A stretch of 64,000 nt of DNA, from IMG/VR virus record IMGVR_UViG_3300020455_000006, positions 1-64,000 of that record; one strand, written 5' to 3'. Positions 29,353 to 40,662 of the stretch are shown one piece after another. Within the stretch, counting starts at the first letter, position 1. The number at the start of each line of letters is the position of its first letter. The notes beneath the pieces are model-generated. The model did not search any database. It was not told the origin of the DNA and saw only the letters and a program-made list of their open reading frames with translations. The position numbers were made by a program, and so were the translations under genes. Origin of the DNA: a virus.

Positions 29353-32300
29353 ATGCCTCTTAGTAGACTTGAAAATTTTCTAAAAAATGTACAGGGAAAC
29401 GTATTATACGTCAACCCAGAAGAACTCGATGCAACAGATGATGTAAGCAATAGGGGTAATTCGAGAACTCGTCCTTTTAGGACGATTCAGAGAGCACTGA
29501 TTGAGTCAGCGAGATTTTCATATCAGCCAGGTCAAGATAACGATAGATTTGATAAAACAACAATACATGTATCTACAGGTACACACTATATTGATAATAG
29601 ACCAGGATATCTAATTGATACGAGTGGTAATATAACAGATATTAATGGTACATCTAAGACTATATCTGAGTTTTCTATAGGTACAAACTTTGATATTCAG
29701 GATCCATCAAACGTATTACACATATTCAACTCTGTAGAGGGTGGAGTTATATTACCAAGAGGTACATCTATCATAGGTGCTGACCTAAGAAAGACAAAAA
29801 TAAGACCAAAGTTTATACCACAACCTGATAATAATAGTATTGCTACCAGTGCAATCTTCAGGGTTACTGGTGGATGCTTCTTCTTTGGATTTACATTCTT
29901 TGATGGCGATCCAGCAGATAGAGTATTCAGAGACTATACACAAAATACATATAATCCAAACTATTCACACCATAAACTTACTTGTTTTGAGTATGCTGAT
30001 GGCGTAAACCTTCAGGGAACATCAGGTAACACTGACTTAGACATGTATTATGCTAAGTTGACCCGTGCTTATGGTACCAACTCAGGACGTAGTTTACCAC
30101 CATATCCAGCAACAAAAGATTTCCAAAAAATTTCTGAAGAGAGTAAGATTGTAGGACCTGTATCACAAATAGGTGCTATTGAAATAGAAGACATATTCTC
30201 AGGATCCAATTCTACAGATACAAACGCTACAAAGATTGTTACTGTTATAACCAAGACAGATCATAACTTAGCAAAAGGAACTGCAGTTCTTATCAGTGAT
30301 GTAAATGCAAGTGGTAATAATGGTGATGAGTATGATGGAACTCATGTGGTAGCACAGGTTATCAATGACACTACATTTACATATTCACTATCAGTTACAC
30401 CTGCAACAACTGCATTACCAAACCTAACAGGTATCAACCCAACTGTTGTACCTGAGAGTGATACTGTATCATCTGCTTCTCCTTACATATTCAACTGCAC
30501 CACCAGATCAGTATTCGGTATGAATGGACTTCATGCTGATGGTAATAAGGCAACTGGATTCAAATCTATGCTTGCTGCACAGTTTACTGGTATTGGACTA
30601 CAGAAAGATGATAATGCATTTGTAAAATACAACACCACATCAGGTGTGTATGAGGATCAAACAACACTGGGATCTACAACTACATTACATGTAGATAGTT
30701 TAGCAAGATTCAAACCAGATTATGAAAACTTCCATATCAAGGGATCTAACAAAGCAGGTTTACAACTTGTATCTGTATTTGCTATAGGATATGCAAAGCA
30801 TTTCGTAACAGAATCTGGTGCTGATTTCTCACTTACAAACTCTAACTCCAACTTTGGTGCTTTAGCACTTGAAGCAAAAGGTTTTAGAGATGAGGCTTTC
30901 ACAAAGGATGATAAGGGATATATTACTTCCATCGTACCACCTCAAAAGAATACAGTAAAAGAAGGTAAGTTTAACTGGTTGTCAATAGCGACAGGTCTCA
31001 CCACAACTACAGCAGGTGATACTAAGTTATTCTTACAAGGATATACAAGTAAGGGTAATCCTCCTCCAGATAAAGCAACTAAGTATCAGGTTGGTAATAG
31101 AAGAGGAGAAGTTCTTACATGCCTTATTAATAATGTAGCAGAAACTGCTAATGTTTTGATGCCTACTCCTCAGATACCTGATCTAGGTGCATCTGCTATA
31201 AAGGAGGTAAGGGTTGGACAAAACTCAGGTATCAATAGTATAACAAGTAATATCTTTACACTTGAGACATTCCACCAATTAGTACCAGGTGAATCTGTAA
31301 GAGTCCTATCAGAGAATGGTTCATTACCTGATGGTTTAGAACACGGTCAAAAATATTTTGCTGTAACAACAGGTATTGGTACGCATCAACTGAAGTTAGC
31401 AACGAGTAGAAACGCTGCTATAAATGCTAATGCTATCAGTGGTATCAACAACATTGGTGGTAAGTTGACTATCGTATCATCTGTTGCAGATAAAAAACCA
31501 GGTGATGAAGGACATCCAATACAATATGATGACACAGCAGGTGGTTGGTATGTAAATGTAAACACTGGAAATGGTTTATCCACATCTATCACAACCAACG
31601 CTCTTTTATTAGCACCTGAGACACCAGTCACTACTATTGCAAGAAAGGCAGACGCAAGAATAGATTTAGAGAAGATATATCGCCTAAGATATTCTATACC
31701 AGAAGGTTCAACACTTGCTGCAGAACCAATCAACGGATTTGTAATTCAGGATAGTGCATCTGTACTTGATGATAGTAAGTTCCAAGATAATGATGCTTCT
31801 CTTACATCTGATACAGATCTAAGAACTGATAATAGTATTATAACTGCATCTTGGGCAAGTAATGTTGGTATTATAACAACAAAACAACCTCACAATCTTC
31901 TTGTCGGACAGCCCGTTGAGGTCAAGAGAATTAGAAGTGCTAACAATACTACAGGTGTTGATAATACTGGATTCAATAGAGCATATGTTGTCTCTTCAGT
32001 TGATGATCCTAAGACATTCAGAGTAGGACTCAACACAGATCCTGGTGCAATCACAAAGATTACAACTATACCATACACTCAGGTAGATAGAACTATTGTT
32101 GGAACAGGAAGAACATTCAATCCATTCTTTACAAGAAAAGATTTTGGACCTGACTTCCAGATATTTGCACAAGAAAAGGTACAAAGATTCCAAAAGTCTG
32201 CACAAGATGGTATCTACGATATAACAGTTCTTGGATATTTGAACTCTGCTAATGTATCACCATACACAGATAATTCAATAAAGTTTGCACAGGATGTCAA

Positions 32301-34923
32301 CGATTTCAAGCCAGAAGTAAGTGTTGATAATAACGATGATGATCCTAACGCAGCAGTAAGTTTTGCACTTAGAGATAAGATTGGACAGGTAAAAACCAAC
32401 GATACATCTAAGAGTATAACAAAGGAAACTATATTCTCATTTATTGAAAACACAGGTATTGGTATTGGTGTTACAGGTGCTAGTGTAACAGGATCTGGAA
32501 GTGTAAAAAATCTTAGCGTTGATCTTGGAAGACAACACAACCTCAATGGTGTTGAGTCTGTTACAAATGTAACAGGTGGATCAAACTATGGTACTAATAG
32601 TGGAAGTGCTGAATTTTATTATAGTGTAAACTTACTTGGTGGAACTGGACAAGGTGCAACTGCAGATATAACTGTGTCTGCTGCTGCTACTATTACTGGC
32701 GTAGATTTAGTTGATGCTGGAAGTGGATATGCTGTGAATGATGTCCTCACAGTCAAAGGCGTTCCTTTCATAGCACCTGGTACTGATTGTCAAGTTACAG
32801 TTGGTGCTATTGATAATAAGATTAACGATATTGTCCAAACAGTTGGTATTGGATCTACAGCTTTCAATGGTATTAATAAAATTACTGCTATTGACCAGCA
32901 AACACGAGTTACATTCTTAGGACAGTCTATTGGTGACTGGTCTACACCAGGAGGTTTTGCATATCATGTTGGTGTGTCTACACAAATTACAAATATTGTT
33001 CATGATACTACAAGTGGTATAGCAACTGTCACATTATACCAAGATATTGGTCTAAGGCGTGGTGACATGATTGTCATCAATAATGCTAATAACGAGTATA
33101 ATGGAACTCATCTTGTTGAAGATAGAATAGGATATGGTTCATCACTATCTGTGAATATAGGTGCATCATCATCACCTACTTTCGCACCTTCAGGTACAGC
33201 ATATGGACATGATGCAGGTATCTCGATGAGGGGATTCAATCAGAATGTTCCCATCTATGGTGGACAAACAACTGTGATTGACTCTGCTATGTCTGCAACC
33301 TCAACCACAATTGGTTTGCAGAAGAAGGCAATGTTTAGGCGTGGTGATTATATAATGATAGATGAGGAGATTCTAAGAATTGCAAATAAAAACTGCACAG
33401 AAGTTATAAGAGGACTCTTTGGTACACAAGCAGTAGCACATATAAGATTCAATGCTGTAAGAAAGATAAGAATCGTAGCTGTAGAAAATAGAAGAAACTC
33501 TACTATACGTGCTTCAGGACATACATTTGAATACCTCGGATTTGGTCCAGGTAACTATTCAACATCATTACCACAAACACAAGATAGAGTTCTAAGTGAA
33601 GATGATCAGATTTTTGCTCAGTCTATCAACGTAAATGGTGGTGCTGTTGTTTACACAGGTTTGAATGATAAAGGTGAGTTCTTTATAGGACGTAAGAAGA
33701 TTGACGCTATCACTGGTGAAGAGACATCAACTATTGCTCAAATAGATCAGACTCCTTCACAAAATAGACTACCTCTTACAGCAAGTTTCAGTGATATAGA
33801 CGTAACAAATAGTTTGACCAGTGGTGGTGATACGGAAGTTATTGATCTAAGACTGAAGGGTAATAGATCTGGTGATCAAGCTCAATCAGTTTATCTTGGT
33901 ATAAGTCAGAACACACCTTCAAGTAGTACAGATAATATTATATTTGCTACATCTTACGATAAAGGTGGATATCTTGGATGGGTCAGGACAACAGATGCAA
34001 GTAATCCTTGGCAACGTTTCGGACCTATATCATACGAGGCAAGCTCGGAACACTATGCTTTTGATAAGTTAGCTGTTGGAAAAACAAATGCAGAGAATGA
34101 TAAGGTAGTTGATGTAACTGGTAATGTTGCTATTACTGGTAACATAACCATATCAGGTGTTACTACATGTACTCTTGCAGCAAGCAGTGCAAAGGTAGAA
34201 GATCTTACTGCTGGACGAGTTGTAATCGCTGGATCAGGTGGAGAATTAGAGGATAGTTCATCACTTACATTCTCAGGAGCAACACTTACTGCAAATACAT
34301 TAACAGTTACAACCACCGCTAATGCAGCAAATCTAACCGCATCTCAGACAGTCACAGGTGAACACTTAGTTTCTACTGACGATGCAGTAATTGCTGATGA
34401 TCTGACTGTTGGTGGTGATGTTGCTGTTACAGGATCTGTCACAGCAACAGGTGGTTTCACTGGTGGTGGTGCCATACCGTTGGGTGGTATTATAATGTGG
34501 TCTGGAACTGATGGAGATGTTCCTTCAGACTGGAGGCTATGTAATACTGCTAACGGAGGAAATGTTGTCAACGGTATCACTGTTCCAAACTTAGAGGATA
34601 GATTTGTAATTGGTCGTGGTTCAACTTACGGTGCTGGTACCACAGGTGGTTCAAAAGATGCAGTATTAGTATCTCACCAACACGGATTTAGTGGAAGTGC
34701 ATCACACTCTCACACTCATACTGTAGCAACACACCCAAGTGGATCAGGACCTGAACAGAACCAGAGTGGTGGACCTGAAGATAGAACAAACTTTAGTGAT
34801 ACTGGAACAACCAGTACAGAGACTGTTACCATAACAGGTAATACTGGTACAGAGGGTGTTTCAGGAACTGATACGAACCTACCACCATACTTTGCTATTG
34901 CTTACATTATACGAGTAAGTTGA
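29353..34923 (+). CDS. Large virion structural/tail fibre protein
   Basis: 1856 aa; MPLSRLENFLKN start; C-terminal collar-like IPLGGIIMWSG...PNLEDRF...NLPPYFAIAYIIR. Confidence 0.85.
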   Translation: MPLSRLENFLKNVQGNVLYVNPEELDATDDVSNRGNSRTRPFRTIQRALIESARFSYQPGQDNDRFDKTTIHVSTGTHYIDNRPGYLIDTSGNITDINGTSKTISEFSIGTNFDIQDPSNVLHIFNSVEGGVILPRGTSIIGADLRKTKIRPKFIPQPDNNSIATSAIFRVTGGCFFFGFTFFDGDPADRVFRDYTQNTYNPNYSHHKLTCFEYADGVNLQGTSGNTDLDMYYAKLTRAYGTNSGRSLPPYPATKDFQKISEESKIVGPVSQIGAIEIEDIFSGSNSTDTNATKIVTVITKTDHNLAKGTAVLISDVNASGNNGDEYDGTHVVAQVINDTTFTYSLSVTPATTALPNLTGINPTVVPESDTVSSASPYIFNCTTRSVFGMNGLHADGNKATGFKSMLAAQFTGIGLQKDDNAFVKYNTTSGVYEDQTTLGSTTTLHVDSLARFKPDYENFHIKGSNKAGLQLVSVFAIGYAKHFVTESGADFSLTNSNSNFGALALEAKGFRDEAFTKDDKGYITSIVPPQKNTVKEGKFNWLSIATGLTTTTAGDTKLFLQGYTSKGNPPPDKATKYQVGNRRGEVLTCLINNVAETANVLMPTPQIPDLGASAIKEVRVGQNSGINSITSNIFTLETFHQLVPGESVRVLSENGSLPDGLEHGQKYFAVTTGIGTHQLKLATSRNAAINANAISGINNIGGKLTIVSSVADKKPGDEGHPIQYDDTAGGWYVNVNTGNGLSTSITTNALLLAPETPVTTIARKADARIDLEKIYRLRYSIPEGSTLAAEPINGFVIQDSASVLDDSKFQDNDASLTSDTDLRTDNSIITASWASNVGIITTKQPHNLLVGQPVEVKRIRSANNTTGVDNTGFNRAYVVSSVDDPKTFRVGLNTDPGAITKITTIPYTQVDRTIVGTGRTFNPFFTRKDFGPDFQIFAQEKVQRFQKSAQDGIYDITVLGYLNSANVSPYTDNSIKFAQDVNDFKPEVSVDNNDDDPNAAVSFALRDKIGQVKTNDTSKSITKETIFSFIENTGIGIGVTGASVTGSGSVKNLSVDLGRQHNLNGVESVTNVTGGSNYGTNSGSAEFYYSVNLLGGTGQGATADITVSAAATITGVDLVDAGSGYAVNDVLTVKGVPFIAPGTDCQVTVGAIDNKINDIVQTVGIGSTAFNGINKITAIDQQTRVTFLGQSIGDWSTPGGFAYHVGVSTQITNIVHDTTSGIATVTLYQDIGLRRGDMIVINNANNEYNGTHLVEDRIGYGSSLSVNIGASSSPTFAPSGTAYGHDAGISMRGFNQNVPIYGGQTTVIDSAMSATSTTIGLQKKAMFRRGDYIMIDEEILRIANKNCTEVIRGLFGTQAVAHIRFNAVRKIRIVAVENRRNSTIRASGHTFEYLGFGPGNYSTSLPQTQDRVLSEDDQIFAQSINVNGGAVVYTGLNDKGEFFIGRKKIDAITGEETSTIAQIDQTPSQNRLPLTASFSDIDVTNSLTSGGDTEVIDLRLKGNRSGDQAQSVYLGISQNTPSSSTDNIIFATSYDKGGYLGWVRTTDASNPWQRFGPISYEASSEHYAFDKLAVGKTNAENDKVVDVTGNVAITGNITISGVTTCTLAASSAKVEDLTAGRVVIAGSGGELEDSSSLTFSGATLTANTLTVTTTANAANLTASQTVTGEHLVSTDDAVIADDLTVGGDVAVTGSVTATGGFTGGGAIPLGGIIMWSGTDGDVPSDWRLCNTANGGNVVNGITVPNLEDRFVIGRGSTYGAGTTGGSKDAVLVSHQHGFSGSASHSHTHTVATHPSGSGPEQNQSGGPEDRTNFSDTGTTSTETVTITGNTGTEGVSGTDTNLPPYFAIAYIIRVS

Positions 34924-34954
34924 TAAATACACATACTAAGGAGCATTGTAGTAG

Positions 34955-37303
34955 ATGGCATCAGTAAATAAAAAATTTGCTGTAGAAAAAGGTCTTGAAG
35001 TTGGTGATGACGCACTGGTCGTTGATGCTGATGGTAGAAAGACTGGTATTGGTAAAACCGATCCGAAATACGGATTAGATGTTGCACTGACTGCAAATTT
35101 TGACGGGATAGTCGCAGCAGAATCTGTGGGTATTGGTAGTACCCAACCAGGTAAAGACTTTGATATAAACAAAGATACTATTATAAGAAAGAAACTCTTT
35201 GATTCTAATGTATCTGAGGGTACAAATGGTCAGGTTCTTATCAGCACAGGCACGGGAGTTTCATTCACATCTCAGGCAGATATAACCACAAACGCTGCAG
35301 GTGGTACAAAGACTGTACAATTCAAAGGAGCAGATGGTAAGTTTGGAGGAGCAGATAATTTTGTTTATGATTCAGGAAATAATAGAGTAGGTATTGGTAG
35401 TACTATACCTGAATACTTACTACAAACAGAAGGTGGTCAGGTTCATTTTGACTCCCAACTATTAGATAGTAATAAGACTGTTGGTGCTGCAGGTTCAGTG
35501 TTGGGTGCAGATGCATCAGGTAAATCTGTATGGGAACCAAAGGGATCAGAAATATCAAATGTTATATTTGTAACTGAGAATGGAAATGATGAAAATAATG
35601 GACTATCGCCAGGAACTGCTAAGAGAACCGTTGGCGGTGCCACAAGTATAGCGGTAGCTGGTAATGTTATTAGAGTTGCAGGTGGTATATACACAGAAAA
35701 TAATCCAGTCTTGATACCAAGAAATGTCACGATTGATGGTGATGACCTTAGAAATACACAAATAGTTCCAACAAATGTTGGTAAGGATCTATTTCATGTT
35801 ACTAACGGAACACTGATTCAGAACTTATCCTTCGTTGGTGCTGCAAATACAGGTGCTATTATAGCATTTCCACCAGAGGGTGTGGTCAATAGACATACAT
35901 TCTCTTCAGGATATGGTGCAACTAATGCAGTAAAGGTAGGTCCTAATTGGCACACTGGTTCATCAGTCACACCTACAGATGTATCGTACGATCCACTTAC
36001 AGGTATTACTACATTTACTAAGTCATCTCATGGATTGACAGTCAGTGATACAGTTGGTATTGTTACCAATAGTATAGCATTTTCTTGTGATCAAGATTCA
36101 CATGCTTCAATTCACTCATATCCTAGAGCATCTGACCCTGTAGCAGGTATATTCACTGCAATTACAGCAGCAGATACAGATACATTTACTATAAATGTTA
36201 GTGATGCTGGTACTGGTGCAAGAATTGCAGGTATCATCACACAGGGACCTTACGTTAGAAACTGTACAAACTTTGTACCAGATTCAATTGGTATGAAGAT
36301 TGATGGAAACGCAGTCATGGGTCTGAAAGCCATGAATGTTGACTCATATACACAATATAATCAAGGTGGTATTGGTGTTACTATATCTAATGATGGATAT
36401 GCTCAGTTAGTTTCTATCTTTACTATATGTGATGAGTCTGCTATCACTTGTGTATCAGGTGGTCAGTGTGATGTCAACAACTCTAACGCATCATTCGGTA
36501 CTTATGGTCTTATAGCATCAGGTGTTGGAACTGTTACTCAGACAGGAGCATTGGCACAAGCAGCAGTAGCAGAAGATAATCAGGTGGTGGTTTCAGGACT
36601 TACAGTAGAGAGACCATATACAGGACAGGTATTATATCTTGGAGAATTATTCAACGGTGTTAGTAAGGTAACTGTAGGAAATCCTGGTTCAGGATATACC
36701 AGTTCTAACCCACCAACAGTAACTATAGGATCACCTACAGGTCCTAATGGTATTACTGCAGAGGGTGTGGCAGTTGTTAGTGGTTTTGGTAGTATAACTG
36801 CTGTAAATATGTTTGCTACTGGTTCCCAGTACAGGTCAGCACCGACAGTTACGATTGCTGCTCCTTCATCTGGTATCACTGCAACAGCAACAGCATCATT
36901 AGAACCATCTTATTTTACTATAAATAGTACGACCCCAGTTACAGCTGGTGTTTCTACTATAACTCTTGACCAAAATCTCCCATCTAATGTGGGAGTAGGT
37001 TCAACAGTTCCATTTGCAAGACAATCATTGATTCTTGCTTCTTCCTACACCTTTGAATACATAGGTGCAGGTCTTACTATCGGGCAAGCACTACCAAGAA
37101 AAGGTGGTACTACAATACCTGAGAATGAAACAACTTCTGAGGAAGGTGGTAAGGTAGTTTACACATCAACAGATGAGAGAGGAAATCTGAAGGTTGGTGA
37201 TCAATTCACAATCAATCAACAGACAGGTACTGTCACTGGTGATGCATTTAATAAGAGTATTCAAGCAACACTTACACCACTCATCATAGCACTAGGACAA
37301 TAA
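34955..37303 (+). CDS. Tail fibre-like structural protein
   Basis: VGIGSTxP repeats, beta-helix-like central region; GATAAATA upstream. Confidence 0.8.
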   Translation: MASVNKKFAVEKGLEVGDDALVVDADGRKTGIGKTDPKYGLDVALTANFDGIVAAESVGIGSTQPGKDFDINKDTIIRKKLFDSNVSEGTNGQVLISTGTGVSFTSQADITTNAAGGTKTVQFKGADGKFGGADNFVYDSGNNRVGIGSTIPEYLLQTEGGQVHFDSQLLDSNKTVGAAGSVLGADASGKSVWEPKGSEISNVIFVTENGNDENNGLSPGTAKRTVGGATSIAVAGNVIRVAGGIYTENNPVLIPRNVTIDGDDLRNTQIVPTNVGKDLFHVTNGTLIQNLSFVGAANTGAIIAFPPEGVVNRHTFSSGYGATNAVKVGPNWHTGSSVTPTDVSYDPLTGITTFTKSSHGLTVSDTVGIVTNSIAFSCDQDSHASIHSYPRASDPVAGIFTAITAADTDTFTINVSDAGTGARIAGIITQGPYVRNCTNFVPDSIGMKIDGNAVMGLKAMNVDSYTQYNQGGIGVTISNDGYAQLVSIFTICDESAITCVSGGQCDVNNSNASFGTYGLIASGVGTVTQTGALAQAAVAEDNQVVVSGLTVERPYTGQVLYLGELFNGVSKVTVGNPGSGYTSSNPPTVTIGSPTGPNGITAEGVAVVSGFGSITAVNMFATGSQYRSAPTVTIAAPSSGITATATASLEPSYFTINSTTPVTAGVSTITLDQNLPSNVGVGSTVPFARQSLILASSYTFEYIGAGLTIGQALPRKGGTTIPENETTSEEGGKVVYTSTDERGNLKVGDQFTINQQTGTVTGDAFNKSIQATLTPLIIALGQ

Positions 37304-37306
37304 ACA

Positions 37307-37645
37307 ATGGCTGCAATTCCTTTAAATAGGTTCAAGACTATAACCCACACACTTACAACCTCTGCAGTTGGGATTTACACATGCCCACCAGGTGTTGCAG
37401 CGTTGATCATTTATGGTAATGTATCCAACGTCGGAAGTAGTTCATCTGTAAGAACCTTTACCGTATCACATAGTAGAAACTCTGTTGATACTGAGATAGT
37501 ATCAAACATTGGAGTGCCAGCTTCTGATGCGATGTCTTTCATAGAAGGACGACTTGTATTAGAAACAGGAGATATATTGAAAATTTCTGGTGATGTCAAT
37601 AATACCATGAAAGGTATCATCAGTGTATTAGAGAACGCTAAGTAA
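37307..37645 (+). CDS. Small structural/fibre-associated protein
   Basis: YTCPPG...LVLETGD.L. Confidence 0.65.
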   Translation: MAAIPLNRFKTITHTLTTSAVGIYTCPPGVAALIIYGNVSNVGSSSSVRTFTVSHSRNSVDTEIVSNIGVPASDAMSFIEGRLVLETGDILKISGDVNNTMKGIISVLENAK

Positions 37646-37646
37646 A

Positions 37647-39518
37647 ATGCCAAGACTCTTATCGGGAAAGGTTGGTGTAACCAGTTTTGCTGGATTATCA
37701 ACTACACGAAATCAGACCACATCAGATCCCCTTAAGTTTTTGGGTGTGGGAGACATGGAACCCAACCTTGGGTTGCCATCTAATAATGATTATATTTTAT
37801 TTGGTAATACAGATGGTACTCGAAGATGGGATGTCTTTACACCATCAGGTGCTGTTGATGGTATAACTGTATTAGACGAGAATATAACTCCTTCAGGTTT
37901 CGCTGGTTCAATAACAAAACTAAACTTTGAGGGTAATGGTGTTACAGTAACACAAATCAAAGAACAGGTTGGCGATGCACAGATAGGTTTAGCAACAGTA
38001 TTCATAAACAAATCAACTAATGATGTGATGGATCCTTCAGGATTTGTCTCAGTTGTTGGTGTAACTACATTCAAAGTTGGTGCAGGTTTATCCTTTGTAC
38101 CACTAGCAGGTCAGGCAGGTATAGTATCAATATTCAATACAGCAGAGGCAAAACTTACATTCCAAGATGATAGAGGACTAACCACTCTTACTGACATAGG
38201 TCAAATAAGAGTTGGTGCAGGTTTGACTGTGAGTCAATCTGCCACTGGTATTGCATCAATCAGCCCAACGGGTCAGTTTGAACATGTGAATGCCACAGGG
38301 TTTGTTACAGCAACACAGGGGTTTGTTGGTAACATAACTGGTAACGTAACAGGTAATACAAACGGAACTCATACAGGAGCTGTCAACGGAAACGTTACTG
38401 GTAATGTTGTGGGTAATGTTACTGGTAATGTGACAGGAGATTTGACAGGTGATTTCAACGCTGGTATCTCAACTGTCACTGAGTTGAGAGCAACAACAAT
38501 CAACGCTACTGGTATTATAACAACATCCACAGGTTTTATAGCACCAGTAGGAAGTTTTGGATTTAGTGGGTCATTGAATTCTACAGGTATTTCAACTGTG
38601 GCATTCTTTAGTGGTACTAACATCAATGTTAGTGGTATAGCGACTGCTGACGGAGGATTTGTTGCCACACCTGGCGGTTCAGGATTTACTGGTAGATTGA
38701 CAGGAGATGTTGTTGGAGATATAAAATCTTCAGGGGTTTCTACCACCACCTACCAACAAACAACTCATGTGAATGCGAGTGGTATTATAACTGCTACAGG
38801 TGGGTTTGTTGGTAACGTAACTGGAAGTGTTGCTGGTGCAGCATCTCTTGTTACTTTAGCTGATGAGTCAGCTGACACTACTTGCTTCCCAGTGTTCGCT
38901 ACTGGTGCCACTGGTGATCTTGCTCCTAAAACAGATGGTAGTGCGTTATTATATAATGCAGCGACAGGAACATTTACTGCTGCTGTATTCAGTGGTTCAG
39001 CAGCATCATTGACCAATATACCAGGTGGTCAAATTACAGGAGCACTTGCTGCAGTTGATGGATCTGCTTTGACTGATGTTATATCAGAAAAAACAAAACT
39101 AACTGCATCTAATACTACAAATGCTACACATTTTCTAACTTTTGTAGATACTGCAACAGGTAATGAGGATGTTCGTACAGATACGAACCTTACTTATAAT
39201 CCTGGTACAAATATTTTATCTGCCACCACATTCAATGGTAATGCCACAGGATTGACTGGAACTCCTTCAGTTACAGTTGGTGATTTGACAGTGGCAGGGT
39301 CAGCAGTTCCCGATGCTGATAATACTAGAAACTTAGGAGGTCCCTCTGCTAGGTGGGCAAATATATACACAGCAGATATGCATTTCTCTAACAAAGATAT
39401 GAGAAATTCAGTGGACGGAACTTGGGGTGACTGGACTATGCAAGAGGGCGAAAATACGCTCTTCCTATTGAATAATCGTAATGGAAAGAAGTATAGTATA
39501 AACCTCACTGAGGTATAA
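37647..39518 (+). CDS. Tail fibre-like protein
   Basis: GNVT tandem repeats, NA.GIITA..GF repeats, conserved C-terminal module. Confidence 0.8.
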   Translation: MPRLLSGKVGVTSFAGLSTTRNQTTSDPLKFLGVGDMEPNLGLPSNNDYILFGNTDGTRRWDVFTPSGAVDGITVLDENITPSGFAGSITKLNFEGNGVTVTQIKEQVGDAQIGLATVFINKSTNDVMDPSGFVSVVGVTTFKVGAGLSFVPLAGQAGIVSIFNTAEAKLTFQDDRGLTTLTDIGQIRVGAGLTVSQSATGIASISPTGQFEHVNATGFVTATQGFVGNITGNVTGNTNGTHTGAVNGNVTGNVVGNVTGNVTGDLTGDFNAGISTVTELRATTINATGIITTSTGFIAPVGSFGFSGSLNSTGISTVAFFSGTNINVSGIATADGGFVATPGGSGFTGRLTGDVVGDIKSSGVSTTTYQQTTHVNASGIITATGGFVGNVTGSVAGAASLVTLADESADTTCFPVFATGATGDLAPKTDGSALLYNAATGTFTAAVFSGSAASLTNIPGGQITGALAAVDGSALTDVISEKTKLTASNTTNATHFLTFVDTATGNEDVRTDTNLTYNPGTNILSATTFNGNATGLTGTPSVTVGDLTVAGSAVPDADNTRNLGGPSARWANIYTADMHFSNKDMRNSVDGTWGDWTMQEGENTLFLLNNRNGKKYSINLTEV

Positions 39519-39521
39519 ATA
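39514..39521 (+). promoter_or_regulatory. T4-type late promoter
   Basis: TATAAATA overlapping the stop codon. Confidence 0.8.
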
Positions 39522-39552
39522 CAAACGATAGGATTTTAACAAAATACCCATT

Positions 39553-40635
39553 ATGTCTAGAGCTAGAGAATTAGCAAAGGTCGGTGGAAAGAATCAACAG
39601 GTAATAGCAGGTCTATCCTCCCACGTTGGTGTATCTACCTTTCTGAATAATGTACATATGTTCGCTAACCTAGATGTAGGTGGTAACGTTACTGTGACTG
39701 GAACTACTGCCTTCAACGGTGGAACACTTACTTTAGGAGATAGTGCTTCTGATAACGTTGTATTTGGTGCAGACGTAAACTCAAATATTATACCAAATAC
39801 AGATAATGCATATGACTTAGGTTCTTCGAGTCAAGAATGGAAAGATTTATTCATAGATGGCACAGCACATATTGATACTTTAGACGTTGATGGTAATGCA
39901 GGGGTCATCGGTAATCTTACACTTACTGGCAACGGTGATTTCAATGGTGACTTAGATGTTGATGGTACAACAAACTTAGATGGAACCAACGTAGTTGGAA
40001 CCCTTGCTGTCACAGGTGCTGCAACTGTCGATAATTTATCACTGAATGGAAACACAGTAACAACATCATCGGGGAATCTTACGATAGATTCTGCAGGTGG
40101 TACTACAACTGTCTCTGACAACTTGACAGTTTCTGGAACAGTTACTTTCAATACTGCTTTGGCGAGTGGAAACTTGGCAACATCAGGTGTAAGTGCTAAC
40201 ACTTATGGTAGTTCAACTGCTATACCTATATTAGTGGTAAATGACAAAGGATTGATTACCTCTGCAAGCACCACTGCAGTTGATAGTACAACAATTGAGC
40301 AATTGAATACATCCGTTTCATGTACTGACACAGGTACGAATGGATTGGTAACAGTTGTTGCCGACGGATCAACGGTTGCTGTATTTGATCAAGCACTGAT
40401 TACTGTAACTGGTAATATATTACCAGAAGCAAACGGTACTAGAGACCTCGGTGCTAGTGGCACAAGATGGGCAAACATCTACAGTTCTGACTTAGATTTA
40501 TCAAACGAGGCAAAAGGTGCTAACAGCATTGACAACACATGGGGTTCATACCTTATAGAAGAAGGTGAGAACGATCTATTCTTGAAAAACAGAAGAACTG
40601 GTAAGCAATACAAGTTCGTACTTCAAGAAGTATAA
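39553..40635 (+). CDS. Tail fibre-like protein
   Basis: MSRARELA start, LDVDG repeats, RWANIY...TWG...EGEN module. Confidence 0.8.
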   Translation: MSRARELAKVGGKNQQVIAGLSSHVGVSTFLNNVHMFANLDVGGNVTVTGTTAFNGGTLTLGDSASDNVVFGADVNSNIIPNTDNAYDLGSSSQEWKDLFIDGTAHIDTLDVDGNAGVIGNLTLTGNGDFNGDLDVDGTTNLDGTNVVGTLAVTGAATVDNLSLNGNTVTTSSGNLTIDSAGGTTTVSDNLTVSGTVTFNTALASGNLATSGVSANTYGSSTAIPILVVNDKGLITSASTTAVDSTTIEQLNTSVSCTDTGTNGLVTVVADGSTVAVFDQALITVTGNILPEANGTRDLGASGTRWANIYSSDLDLSNEAKGANSIDNTWGSYLIEEGENDLFLKNRRTGKQYKFVLQEV

Positions 40636-40638
40636 ATA
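40631..40638 (+). promoter_or_regulatory. T4-type late promoter
   Basis: TATAAATA overlapping the stop codon. Confidence 0.8.
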
Positions 40639-40662
40639 ACAAGGAAGGAGAATTTGAACTAA

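Noticed and set aside
36942-38874. Genome-wide avoidance of the PvuII site CAGCTG
   Set aside because: CAGCTG occurs at 36942 and 38869, so the nuclease specificity cannot be inferred this way.
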